Source: Dehalococcoidia bacterium (GTDB taxonomy: Bacteria > Chloroflexota > Dehalococcoidia > Lucifugimonadales > UBA3495). Taken from it: 64,000 nucleotides of DNA. Where the stretch lies: NCBI GenBank assembly GCA_965261885.1, contig CBDHDY010000042.1:2250-66249 (forward strand). The letters are read 5' to 3'. The notes under the pieces are model-generated. The model made no database searches and had not been told where the DNA came from. It was given only the letters and a program-made list of their open reading frames with translations. Positions 9,760-18,867 of this stretch are shown here, in pieces. The position numbers were made by a program, and so were the translations under genes. The stretch's first letter is position 1. Each line of letters opens with the position of its first letter.

Positions 9760-10647
9760 GTGTGTGTGGTGGTCGTTTCCGAATCTCCAGTTTTAGTAGC
9801 TGAGAGTCCCCCCAAAACAGGCAAGCGGCAAGGGGCGGTGCTGATCATCGGTCGCGGCACCGACATTGTCTTTCACCTGAACGAAGACACTCCCCTGGAC
9901 CAGATCGCCCTCGAACTGGACGCGGAGTTGGCTGGGCACAGTGCGCTGTTCTCCGAAGGCGGGATCACCGTCAATACTGGAAAGCGCATTCTATCCGAGG
10001 AGCAGGAAGAGGAGATCAGGGGTGTCTTCCGCGAAAAATCCGGCCTGAAAATCGCCCGGTTCATATCCTCAGACAAAGATACTGAAGACAGCCAGATCGA
10101 GGACCCCCCTCCCGCTCAGGAGCCGAAGCCAAGGGCCGCGGATCCTCCCGTGCGCCGCGCCAGGAAGGCCTCCACTCCACTGGCCGAGTTTTCCTCAGCT
10201 GACCTCGCCCGGGCTCTCAGCGGCCTCTCCTCCCAGAGTCAGCGCAACCGCAGCCACGCGATGGTTGTCCGCGGCACCATCCGGTCCGGGGAGTCTGTCA
10301 GTCATAGCGGAGACCTGGTAGTGCTGGGAGACGTCAACCCAGGATCCGAAATCGTCGCCGACGGCGACATAATCGTGATGGGCTCCCTCAAAGGGCTGCC
10401 TCACGCCGGCGCAGCAGGCGACAGCAAGGCCGCCATTATCGCCCTGGAGATCACCGCGCCTCGCATTCGCATCGGAAACTGCAATGCTGATGCACCAGCA
10501 TCGGACCACACCGGAAGCAGGAGGCGAAAGAAGGAGGCCCCGGACACTCAACCAAAGATCGCATACGTACGGCGCGGGACGGTATTCGTCTCGCAATTCG
10601 CTGGGCGTTTCGCCAGATACACGAAAGGGGTACCGTATGAAGGGTAG
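9760..10647 (+). CDS. minC: Septum site-determining protein MinC
   Basis: C-terminal beta-helix motif VRGTIRSGESVSHSGDLVVLGDVNPGSEIVADGDIIVMGSLKG. It lies directly upstream of minD. The exact start is uncertain (GTG cluster at 9760). Confidence 0.85.
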   Translation: MCVVVVSESPVLVAESPPKTGKRQGAVLIIGRGTDIVFHLNEDTPLDQIALELDAELAGHSALFSEGGITVNTGKRILSEEQEEEIRGVFREKSGLKIARFISSDKDTEDSQIEDPPPAQEPKPRAADPPVRRARKASTPLAEFSSADLARALSGLSSQSQRNRSHAMVVRGTIRSGESVSHSGDLVVLGDVNPGSEIVADGDIIVMGSLKGLPHAGAAGDSKAAIIALEITAPRIRIGNCNADAPASDHTGSRRRKKEAPDTQPKIAYVRRGTVFVSQFAGRFARYTKGVPYEG

Positions 10648-11455
10648 GACTATCGTCATTACCTCGGGAAAGGGCGGTGTCGGGAAGACCACTGCCACCG
10701 CCAACCTCGGATCGGCACTTGCCATGCGTGGCCACAGTGTGGTGGTCATCGACACCGACATAGGTCTCCGCAACCTGGACGTCATCATGGGCCTGGAAAA
10801 CCGCATTGTTTACGACCTCGTGAACGTTATCGAGGGCAAGTGCCGGTTGCGGCAGGCAATGATCCAGGACAAGAACCGGCTGGAGCTTTACCTGATCCCA
10901 GCAGCCCAGACCCGCGACAAGGACAGCATCAGGCCGGATCAGCTCAAGGCCCTTTGCGCCGAGCTGGAAAATGAATTCGACTACATCCTCATCGACTGTC
11001 CCGCGGGAATTGAACAGGGTTTCAAGAACGCGGTGGCCGCAGCAGGAGAGGCCATAATTGTGACCACTCCGGAGGTATCGGCCATCCGCGACGCCGACCG
11101 GGTAATCGGTTTGCTAGAAGCCTCCGGTTTGAACCGTCCCAAGCTGATCATCAACCGCATCTCCGCAGACATGGTGAAGCGCGGCGACATGATGGGCCAG
11201 GGGGACGTGGAGTCGCTGCTGGCAGTGGACGTCATCGGCCTGGTTCCAGCCGACGAGAGAACCGTGGCAGCCGCCAACCGCGGGATCCCGGCGGTGCACG
11301 ACGGACGGTCCTCCGCCGGTGCCGCGTTCACTCGCATAGCAGCCAGGATCGACGGTGAAGAGGTGCCGCTGAAGGAAATCGATGCCCGTTCCGGCATGTT
11401 CGGCCGCCTGCGCGATATGGTGGGCATCAAAGGGAGGGCTTACTCGCATGCGTGA
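10637..11455 (+). CDS. minD: Septum site-determining ATPase MinD
   Basis: MKGRTIVITSGKGGVGKTT (deviant Walker A) from the ATG at 10637, which overlaps the minC stop. The track ORF start at 10484 is an upstream extension inside minC. Confidence 0.92.
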   Translation: MKGRTIVITSGKGGVGKTTATANLGSALAMRGHSVVVIDTDIGLRNLDVIMGLENRIVYDLVNVIEGKCRLRQAMIQDKNRLELYLIPAAQTRDKDSIRPDQLKALCAELENEFDYILIDCPAGIEQGFKNAVAAAGEAIIVTTPEVSAIRDADRVIGLLEASGLNRPKLIINRISADMVKRGDMMGQGDVESLLAVDVIGLVPADERTVAAANRGIPAVHDGRSSAGAAFTRIAARIDGEEVPLKEIDARSGMFGRLRDMVGIKGRAYSHA

Positions 11456-11738
11456 ACTGTTGCGGTGGCTGTTGGGGCTGGCCGATAAGGGCAGCGAGAG
11501 TTCCAGCGAAGTGGCACGGCAACGCATGCGTCTGGTTCTCATCCAAGACCGGATCGACCTGTCTCCACATAAAATGGAGCAGATGAAACGGGAGATCTGG
11601 GAGGTCGTCTCACGCTACATGGTGGTGGACGACGAATTCATGGAATTCGAGGTACGCCGCCTCGACGAGCTCATAATGTTCGTGTCCAACATCGAAGTTA
11701 AGGACCTGAACGCCCTGGTAAATGCGCGGTCTGCGTAG
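11448..11738 (+). CDS. minE: Cell division topological specificity factor MinE
   Basis: The ATG at 11448 overlaps the minD stop. The 96-aa product has ..VARQRMRLVLIQDR, typical of MinE. Confidence 0.85.
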   Translation: MRELLRWLLGLADKGSESSSEVARQRMRLVLIQDRIDLSPHKMEQMKREIWEVVSRYMVVDDEFMEFEVRRLDELIMFVSNIEVKDLNALVNARSA

Positions 11739-11750
11739 TTTCTGTGCCGC

Positions 11751-12968
11751 ATGTCTCTGACACTTACAAATTGCAACCTGATCGATTGCGTCGCGGAAGG
11801 CGTCCGTCCCAACACAACGGTGACTGTAGACGCGGGGCGCATCGTCTCCGTCGGCGTCGCCGGTCAGGAGGAGGCGCAACCGGGTGGCGCGGCGGATGAA
11901 ACAGTGGACCTCGGCGGGGCTTACCTGCTGCCAGGTCTGTGGGACGTGCACATACACCCCGAGTACCCAAACCCGCCCGGGACCACGGTCCCGCAGTTAA
12001 CTGCCTGGTTCGGCAAGAACTTGATGCGGGGGCTCACCGAGGCTGGTGTTACGTCAGTGCGCTGCGCCGGTGCGGGTCATTTCATGGACGTAGCGTGGAA
12101 AAGGGCGTTCGAGGACCCGCAGGGTCCGGCAGGCCCCACTGTCTATGCCTGCGGCCACTTCCTCACCACCACCGGCGGCCACTTCCTGACCTCCGGCCAC
12201 GCCCGCGAGTGCGATGGTCCCTACGGCTTCGTCGAGGCCATCCGGGACCAGATCAAGAACGGCGTGGACCACATCAAGCTCAACCTGTCCGGCGGCATCA
12301 TGGGACCGTTCTGGGACCGGCACCTCGACTCCTTCCTCTTACCCCAGGAAATCGAGGCGGCTTTTACGCTGTGCCACCAGCGTTCTATCCCTGTAATGGC
12401 CCACGCCACCAATCCCGTTTCGGTGAAGGCGGCCATTCTCCTCGGCGCCAACTCTGTTGAACACGGCTATGTAATGGACGAGGACTGCATCACCGGATTC
12501 CTCGAGAACGGGACCTGGTACGTGCCAACCCTCGGAATCACCCACCTCACCCCGAGCCAGGCGGACAACCAGTGGGAGCAAGCCTACTGCGAACGGAAAG
12601 CTCTCGCCCCAGACCTCGTGCGGCGGGCGGAGGCCGCAGTCGACCAGCACCGGAGCTGGTTCCAGACCGCCCTGGACTCCGGTGTGAAGATGGCCCTGGG
12701 GTCCGACGTGCTTCCGCTGCGTGACTCTGCATTGCTGGAGCTGGGCCTGTGGGTCAAGGATGGCGCCACTCCATGGCAGGCCCTTACTGCCGCCACCTGC
12801 AACGCCGCCGAGCTGTGTGGCGTGGGTTCTGAAGTCGGCACCATCGAGCCGAGCAAGCGGGCCGACATGATCGTGGTCGAAGGCAACCCGCTGGACGACA
12901 TCCAGAACCTGCGCCGCCTGTTGATGGTGTTCAAGGACGGGCGCCCCGTCGCCGATCATCGCAGTTAG
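11751..12968 (+). CDS. Amidohydrolase family protein
   Basis: 405 aa. Has the metal motif LPGLWDVHIHPE, a later MAHA, and C-terminal ADMIVVEGNPLDD. Confidence 0.8.
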   Translation: MSLTLTNCNLIDCVAEGVRPNTTVTVDAGRIVSVGVAGQEEAQPGGAADETVDLGGAYLLPGLWDVHIHPEYPNPPGTTVPQLTAWFGKNLMRGLTEAGVTSVRCAGAGHFMDVAWKRAFEDPQGPAGPTVYACGHFLTTTGGHFLTSGHARECDGPYGFVEAIRDQIKNGVDHIKLNLSGGIMGPFWDRHLDSFLLPQEIEAAFTLCHQRSIPVMAHATNPVSVKAAILLGANSVEHGYVMDEDCITGFLENGTWYVPTLGITHLTPSQADNQWEQAYCERKALAPDLVRRAEAAVDQHRSWFQTALDSGVKMALGSDVLPLRDSALLELGLWVKDGATPWQALTAATCNAAELCGVGSEVGTIEPSKRADMIVVEGNPLDDIQNLRRLLMVFKDGRPVADHRS

Positions 12969-13088
12969 CCTCCTTTTCTCCCCTCCCTCGCCTCTCCCCC
13001 AGTTTGCCGCATTTCAATTCCCCGTTATACTTGCGCCCGTGGTGGGCGCTGAATCGCCCGCCGGAATCTCAATTAGAGGAGTCTGGCA

Positions 13089-13922
13089 ATGCCCGGCAAC
13101 AAGCTCACCATCGGAAACGTCGAGATAACTTCCCTCTCCGACGGCCTTCTGGAATTTGACCTCTGCAACTTTTTCCCGGCCATTCCTGAAGAGGACTGGC
13201 ACGGCCACGAGAGTCACCTCAGCCCCAGCGGCGGCGTCCGTTTCAACCTCGCCTGCTTCGTCATTCGCTCCGAGGGCCGTACCATCGCGGTGGACACTGG
13301 CTTGGGTCCCAAGCCAACGCCGGAAACTCCGTGGGGCGAGCTGCTCAATGACTTTGCCGCCCACGGAATGAAACCCGAGGACGTGGACATGGTGGTCATG
13401 ACCCACGCCCACCGCGACCATATCGGCTGGAACGTCGTGTCCCAGGGCGGCAACTACGTTCCCACCTTCCCCAACGCCCGTTACTACGTCAGCGCCAAAG
13501 ACTGGGAGGCCTGCCACGACCCTGCGCTGATCGAGACGCGGTTCCCCAACGCCCCCGACTGCGTCTGGCCCCTGGAGGGACTGGGTGTGCTGGAACTGAT
13601 GGAGGGCGAGCAGCAACTGACCAGTGAGCTGACAATGCTCCCCACACCTGGCCATACGCCGGGCCACATGAGCATCATGATTTCCTCCCAGGGCGAGCAG
13701 GGACTGGTGCTGGGCGACGTGCTGCACAACACGATCCAAATTGAAAACACCGACTGGGTGTCTCGCGCCGACATCGACCCGGAAACGACCCGCATCACCC
13801 GCCGCAAAATGATGGACCGGTTGGAGCGGGACGGCATACCCGTTGCCGCCGTCCACCTCGCCTCCCCCGGCTTCGGCCGCATCGTCCGCACCGAAGGGCG
13901 CCGCTACTGGCAAGCCATCTAA
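13089..13922 (+). CDS. MBL-fold metallo-hydrolase
   Basis: THAHRDHIGWN (HxHxDH) and later TPGHTPGH. Confidence 0.85.
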   Translation: MPGNKLTIGNVEITSLSDGLLEFDLCNFFPAIPEEDWHGHESHLSPSGGVRFNLACFVIRSEGRTIAVDTGLGPKPTPETPWGELLNDFAAHGMKPEDVDMVVMTHAHRDHIGWNVVSQGGNYVPTFPNARYYVSAKDWEACHDPALIETRFPNAPDCVWPLEGLGVLELMEGEQQLTSELTMLPTPGHTPGHMSIMISSQGEQGLVLGDVLHNTIQIENTDWVSRADIDPETTRITRRKMMDRLERDGIPVAAVHLASPGFGRIVRTEGRRYWQAI

Positions 13923-14137
13923 CCACCCGGGGAATGGCCGGATGGACGAACGCTATGAGTGGCGGCACCCCCATTGCCGCCAGCATCCTCAGGGTCGGCT
14001 TTGAGCTGGGGGTGCATTTCATCCACCGGGACAACACGGCACCGCTGTCTGCCCGGGGAGCGGTGTGGGCCGACTCAACAGCGAAGGTCGCGACTTAGCG
14101 CGACATAAAATTCACCTGCCTGCCCGGGCCGACCGAC

Positions 14138-14775
14138 ATGGAGAAAGTGCCCTTCGGCCCTGGCGGCATCCGGAAGGGGCTCGGTCAGGCTCGGTTTGCA
14201 TATACCGCACCACCAACTCTCCCCTGCTGGCCCGGCGGGGCACGAGGTCTTCGCCGAGAATGGTGTCGCAATGCTCGGCGCGCCAGTCAGCGGCGGGGTC
14301 GAGGAGGCAAAGGTGCGGGATCTCCCTGTGATGGCTGGGGAGACGAACCCACTTTCCTGCGTTGTCTGCCCGTGCTGGAAGCAATCTGGGACCGGGTGAT
14401 GCACAGAGGAGACATTGGGCGGATGAGTAACTTGTGGGGAAGGCAGCCCGACACCATCTTCCAAGGCGACTTCAAGGCCCGGCTCGCCCTGAAGACCGCT
14501 CACAAGAAACTGCGTCTGCGGGAAGAGTCGACCGAGCCTTACGAGTCACAATACCCTTGGCCGAAAAAGGCAGAGGCATCTACTTCCAGGCCGTGGCCCG
14601 GGTCTGGGAGGAAAACGACAGCTCGATAATGCAGCCCAAGCAGGAGGAGCTCGCTGGCGTCCAGGTACAGTTCGGAGGCAGCAAGACCTGGTTTCGGCAC
14701 CGCCCGCTGGTGGTGAGCTTGTCGAACAACGCGCCAGCGGTCAGCACACTGGGAGCCTGCCCCAAAACGGGCTGA
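14138..14775 (+). pseudogene. Decayed gene of unknown function (coding signal hops between three + frames)
   Basis: High third-position GC moves between frames. MEKVPFGPGG..WPGG switches at the G4 run (14237-14240) to HEVFAENGVAMLGAPVSGG... It switches again near 14385 to ..PVLEAIWDRVMHRGD..FQGDFKARLALKTAHKK.., and at the A5 run (14564-14568) to GIYFQAVARVWEEND..., ending at the stop at 14775. No single ORF spans the 890-bp gap. Confidence 0.4.
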
Positions 14776-14811
14776 CGGTCTCCCAACAAACGCGAATGCT
14801 GAGGCGGGTGT

Positions 14812-15207
14812 CTATGACCGCAACTCTGCCACTGCCTCCACTTCCACCAGAAAGTCCGGATCAGCGAGGCCGGCCACCACTACCGTGGTGCTGGTTGGGC
14901 GGCCCTCTGGCGGTAGCAACGTCATCCTGACCTCGCGGATCTTGCCCAGATTCTCCGAGCCCACGACGTAGGTCGTCGTCTTGACAATATCCTGCAGCGT
15001 TCCTCCCGCGGCCTTCACTGCCGTCTCTAGGTTGGCCCACACCTGCCGTATCTGCGCCGCCGCGTCCCCAACGTGCAGCGCCCTCCCGTCCAGCCCACGA
15101 GGCACCTGGCCGGAAATGTAGACCGTATTGCCAACCTTGACAACGTGGTTGTAGAGGTTGGCAGGAGGGGAGGCCAGCTCCGGCGGGTTAATGAATTCAC
15201 GTTCCAT
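14812..15207 (-). CDS. RidA/YjgF family reactive-intermediate deaminase
   Basis: 131 aa. Has VYISGQVP..., TTYVV..., and C-terminal FLVEVEAVA. Confidence 0.85.
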   Translation of the reverse strand: MEREFINPPELASPPANLYNHVVKVGNTVYISGQVPRGLDGRALHVGDAAAQIRQVWANLETAVKAAGGTLQDIVKTTTYVVGSENLGKIREVRMTLLPPEGRPTSTTVVVAGLADPDFLVEVEAVAELRS

Positions 15208-15321
15208 TTCAATACTCCTGGATTTGGTTCGGTATCGCGCTATTTTTGACTGCCTGCGCTATGATAGCAACCGCGCGATGAGTCAGCATCGAGGAAGCGC
15301 TTCAGGCTGCTGGAGGTAACT

Positions 15322-16545
15322 ATGCAGGCGATAGTTGGCGGCACTCTAATCGACGGTCTTGGCGGAGAGCCACTGGCCGACTCGGCAGTAATGATCGGAA
15401 ACGATGGCCGAATCGCTTCCGTAGGGCCACGAGCTGCGGTAGAACTGCCTGAAGGCACCGAGATATATGACATAACCGGCCAAACCGTGATGCCCGGCCT
15501 CATCGACTGCCATGACCACCTGGCTTCTTTCACTTACGACCTGCTCAGCCGATGGGGCATGACGGAGCCCCGAAGCACACGGACCGTCCGCATCGCCCGC
15601 GTAATCGAAGATACGCTCCAATCCGGCTACACCACGATACGGGACTGCGGCTGGCTGGACGCGGGGTTCAGGGTCGCCGTGGAAGAGGGCCTTATAACCG
15701 GCCCGCGGCTGCTCGTCGCCGCCGGCCCCCTGGGCCCCACCCACAGCGTGCAGGACCGGCCCACTATGTCGGGCCATCGGCGGTATTCGATGCCCGACCC
15801 CAACATCCCTTACGGCGTGGCCGACGGTGATGCCGAAATCCGCGCCGCCGTTCGCGAGAATGCCAGGGTCGGCGCTGATCTGATCAAGGTATTCCAGACC
15901 GGTTTCGGCCGGGCCACCCACCTGGGCACCGATGCCTGCTACGATCTGGAAGAGTTGAAGACGCTGGTGGCCGAGTCCCATGCGCAGGGCAAGCTGGTAG
16001 CCTGCCACGCCGTTGGCGGGCCGGGGCTGCGGACGGCGGTCGAGGCCAGCGTGGATTCTATCGAACATGGTTGCTACCTGGACCTGGATACCGACCTGCT
16101 GCGTATGATGGCGGACAATAACATCACGCTGGTCCCCACCCTCACCGTTTTCGCCCACCACTCCGCGGAGGGCAATCCGGTCGCCCAGGTGGAGGCGCGT
16201 GAGTTCCGGCAACACCACATTGAAACGGTTCAGCAGGCCATGCGGCTCGGGGTGCGGGTCGTCGCTGGTACTGATGCCGGCGGCTGGTTCCACGGCAACA
16301 ACTCCGTGGAACTGGACATGCTGGTCGACGCAGGCCTGACGCCCATGGAGGCCCTGATAGCAGGAACAAGCGAAGCCGCCGCCTGTTGCGGTCTCGGGAG
16401 CGACCTCGGCACGCTGGAGGCTGGCAAGCTCGCCGATCTGATCGTGGTGGACGGCAATCCGCTGGCTGATATAACCGTCCTGCAGGACCGGGAACGGGTC
16501 AAGGTCGTTATGAAAGAGGGCAGCATATACCGAAACCTGCTGTAG
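15322..16545 (+). CDS. Amidohydrolase family protein (paralogue of 11751-12968)
   Basis: MPGLIDCHDHL and ADLIVVDGNPLADI. It has the same overall layout as the first copy. Confidence 0.85.
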   Translation: MQAIVGGTLIDGLGGEPLADSAVMIGNDGRIASVGPRAAVELPEGTEIYDITGQTVMPGLIDCHDHLASFTYDLLSRWGMTEPRSTRTVRIARVIEDTLQSGYTTIRDCGWLDAGFRVAVEEGLITGPRLLVAAGPLGPTHSVQDRPTMSGHRRYSMPDPNIPYGVADGDAEIRAAVRENARVGADLIKVFQTGFGRATHLGTDACYDLEELKTLVAESHAQGKLVACHAVGGPGLRTAVEASVDSIEHGCYLDLDTDLLRMMADNNITLVPTLTVFAHHSAEGNPVAQVEAREFRQHHIETVQQAMRLGVRVVAGTDAGGWFHGNNSVELDMLVDAGLTPMEALIAGTSEAAACCGLGSDLGTLEAGKLADLIVVDGNPLADITVLQDRERVKVVMKEGSIYRNLL

Positions 16546-16614
16546 TCCCCACGAAATGCGTAAGGACGCACTGCTGTGCGCCCCCTGTGTGGTCCTGTCG
16601 GAATACCGGGAAGG

Positions 16615-17262
16615 CTACCGCTCCCAGCGGAAGCGGCTGTAAAGGCCGTGCTTGCCCTGCTCCTCCCAGGAAATGGCCTCGTCCATGATGCTCTGGTTGG
16701 AGCGGCCCAGTGTGTGAACATTGCCGTGGATCACGTTGCGCAGATTGGTGATGGTCGCTGTCCCCTCCGCATCCGCACCCCGGATCGCCTGCACCTCAAG
16801 CAGCACCAGGTCGGAGGCGCGGACCGTTCGCGACCGGGCGTCAATGGCGATTTCCAGCGGAACCTTCCTCACCACCGTCAGATCGCCGTCGCGATAAAAC
16901 TGGCTCAGGATCTCCCACGGGCCGCCCGCCATGCCGCTGAATATGGCGCGTGTCGCCTCGGATTGTTCCTCGCTGCCAGCGGCGTCGACGTACAGCACCG
17001 ACGTCCAGTTGCCGTCGGACATTGTCGGACCCGGAGAGTTTACGAATATCACCGCGCCCAGCCCGGCAAGATCAACCTCGCCATAGCTCCCCCTCTCGAA
17101 CGTCGCGGCCCAGATGGCGGTGCAGACGCCATTCGTCGGAGGCTGGCGAAACGATATGTGGCAGGGGCAGAGCAGGTTGCAGTTGCACCCCTCGAATAGT
17201 TCCCCCTCTACCCACCAGGAAACACTCACTGGAATCAGTCCCTCGATTTCTGCAATTTGCAA
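16615..17262 (-). CDS. DUF1326 domain protein
   Basis: The N-terminal W.VEGELFEGCNCNLLCPCHISF..PTNGVC signature is characteristic of DUF1326. Confidence 0.75.
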   Translation of the reverse strand: MQIAEIEGLIPVSVSWWVEGELFEGCNCNLLCPCHISFRQPPTNGVCTAIWAATFERGSYGEVDLAGLGAVIFVNSPGPTMSDGNWTSVLYVDAAGSEEQSEATRAIFSGMAGGPWEILSQFYRDGDLTVVRKVPLEIAIDARSRTVRASDLVLLEVQAIRGADAEGTATITNLRNVIHGNVHTLGRSNQSIMDEAISWEEQGKHGLYSRFRWER

Positions 17263-17271
17263 CTCATAATA

Positions 17272-17297
17272 CAGGGGCGCACGGACGTGCGCCCCTG
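17272..17297 (-). terminator. GC-rich hairpin downstream of the RdhA-like gene
   Basis: CAGGGGCGCAC-GGAC-GTGCGCCCCTG (11-bp perfect stem), 28 nt after the stop at 17325. On the minus strand it is followed by a TATTATGAGTT tail. Confidence 0.5.
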
Positions 17298-17324
17298 TAG
17301 GGTTCTCCGAAGGATCGGCGTCAG

Positions 17325-18608
17325 CTAGAACATCGTGCTGTCGGTGACGGCCTCGCCGCTCACGATGGTTTTCAGACGGTTGCGGAAGTCGAACAGCTTC
17401 TGGTCGTCCTCGGGCGTGGCGGGCTCTCCACGACGGGACTCAAGATGCTCGATGAGGTCCTCAAGGGCCGCGTTTTCGCGGGTGCCACTGGGGATCTTGA
17501 AGAACTCCGCATTGAAGGTGGGCAGTTCGCCAGGGCCGAAGTATCCAGTGGCGTACCTTCCCGTGTTTTCCTTGTGCAGGGTGTATCCTTCCAGGTCGTG
17601 GGTGCCCTTGCCCAGCACCTGCCCGGTCTGGGCGTAGTATTCCATCACATTCTTGGCACCGTACTTGTTGATCGGGCAGACCTTCATGCAGATGGCGCAA
17701 CCCTCGTAGCGCGACATAACGGGGCGGCAGCGCTTGTAGATCAGCTTGTTCTTTTCAACGCCGCGCCACCAGATCTTCTCGCGCATCAGGGCGCGGCCCG
17801 GGCAGCGGTTTACGCAGACCTGGCAGACCTGGCAGAAAGCGTGGAAGCCATAGTCGACCGGCTCGTCGTAGGTCACCGGCGCGTCGGTTGTGATGATCTG
17901 CAGCCGGCAGCGGGCCCCGGCGTGAGGAGTCAGCAACTGGCCGTTGGCTCCCAGCTGTCCCAGGCCGGCGGCCACGAACATTGGGATGGTGGCGGCGCTG
18001 TGGTTGCTCGGCCCGTGCACCTGTGCTCCGTAGCCCAGGGAGCGGATAAAGTCGGCCATTTCGAGGCCCATTGGTGCCTGGGTCTCGTAAGTCCCGTAGT
18101 GACCATGCTCGGCGGCCATGCTCGGTGCGGACTGCGTTTCCTCAAAGTCCTGCTCCAAAGCCAGGCAAACGGCATTGTAGAACTTCACGTGACTCTTGCG
18201 ATCCTGGTAGATGAAACGCTGGTCGTGGGCAGTGAATCCCACCTCCAGGTAGCCCATCTCCCGGGCTTTGTTGCGAATCAGATCCGTAACGTCCTCGCCC
18301 GTCGGAGTGCCCGTGGGCGGCAGGTCGCCGGAGCGGTTCATCAGCGGATAGTACTGCTCCATCACGGCCTGGTGCTCGTGGTGGTACTGCTGCATCTCCT
18401 CGGTGCCAACCGTGGGCGACCACTCGGTATCGGCCGCGTGCTCAACCTGTTGACGCTGGAGAGGATATTCCCGGCTGTAGAAGTCTACATCCTTATTGTT
18501 CATGGGAATGCCGGGTACTGTCTCCAGCTCCTCTGGAACCGGAATTTCCACCGGGTCGTCTCCGTGGCGACGGCCTGGACGCACAACGACATGGCCAATT
18601 TTCAGCAT
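17325..18608 (-). CDS. Reductive-dehalogenase-like (RdhA family) 2x[4Fe-4S] protein, no signal peptide seen
   Basis: CQVCQVCVNRCP followed by C..(10)..GCAICMKVCP, which is the RdhA-type cluster spacing. The ATG at 18608 is preceded by AGGAGGAG; the track ORF extends to 18713. No twin-arginine motif and no adjacent rdhB-like membrane anchor. Confidence 0.6.
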   Translation of the reverse strand: MLKIGHVVVRPGRRHGDDPVEIPVPEELETVPGIPMNNKDVDFYSREYPLQRQQVEHAADTEWSPTVGTEEMQQYHHEHQAVMEQYYPLMNRSGDLPPTGTPTGEDVTDLIRNKAREMGYLEVGFTAHDQRFIYQDRKSHVKFYNAVCLALEQDFEETQSAPSMAAEHGHYGTYETQAPMGLEMADFIRSLGYGAQVHGPSNHSAATIPMFVAAGLGQLGANGQLLTPHAGARCRLQIITTDAPVTYDEPVDYGFHAFCQVCQVCVNRCPGRALMREKIWWRGVEKNKLIYKRCRPVMSRYEGCAICMKVCPINKYGAKNVMEYYAQTGQVLGKGTHDLEGYTLHKENTGRYATGYFGPGELPTFNAEFFKIPSGTRENAALEDLIEHLESRRGEPATPEDDQKLFDFRNRLKTIVSGEAVTDSTMF

Positions 18609-18867
18609 TTCGGGACTCCTCCTAGTCATAGCCCGGCAAAAGGGTTTGCGCGAGTCGCGGGCCGACTTGGGAATTAAGGATACTTCGGGCGATTTTGCAT
18701 CATGAGGAAGCATAAAGTCAATTCAGGCCGCTTGGTCGTGAATCCACTGAGGCCGTTTGCCCTGCCGATACAAGCAGGCTTATCATATTGTATTAACACC
18801 ACGTCCCAGAGTCGGGGAGTGGGAGGAGTGGCGATACTCGCCCCTTCTTCGAGCTCCTTCCTCCAGA

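Noticed and set aside
15346-16293. 315-aa minus-strand ORF
   Set aside because: It is antisense to the second amidohydrolase and has shadow-ORF composition.
17445-18677. 410-aa + strand ORF
   Set aside because: It is antisense to the RdhA-like gene. It has no motifs and typical GC-rich shadow-frame composition.
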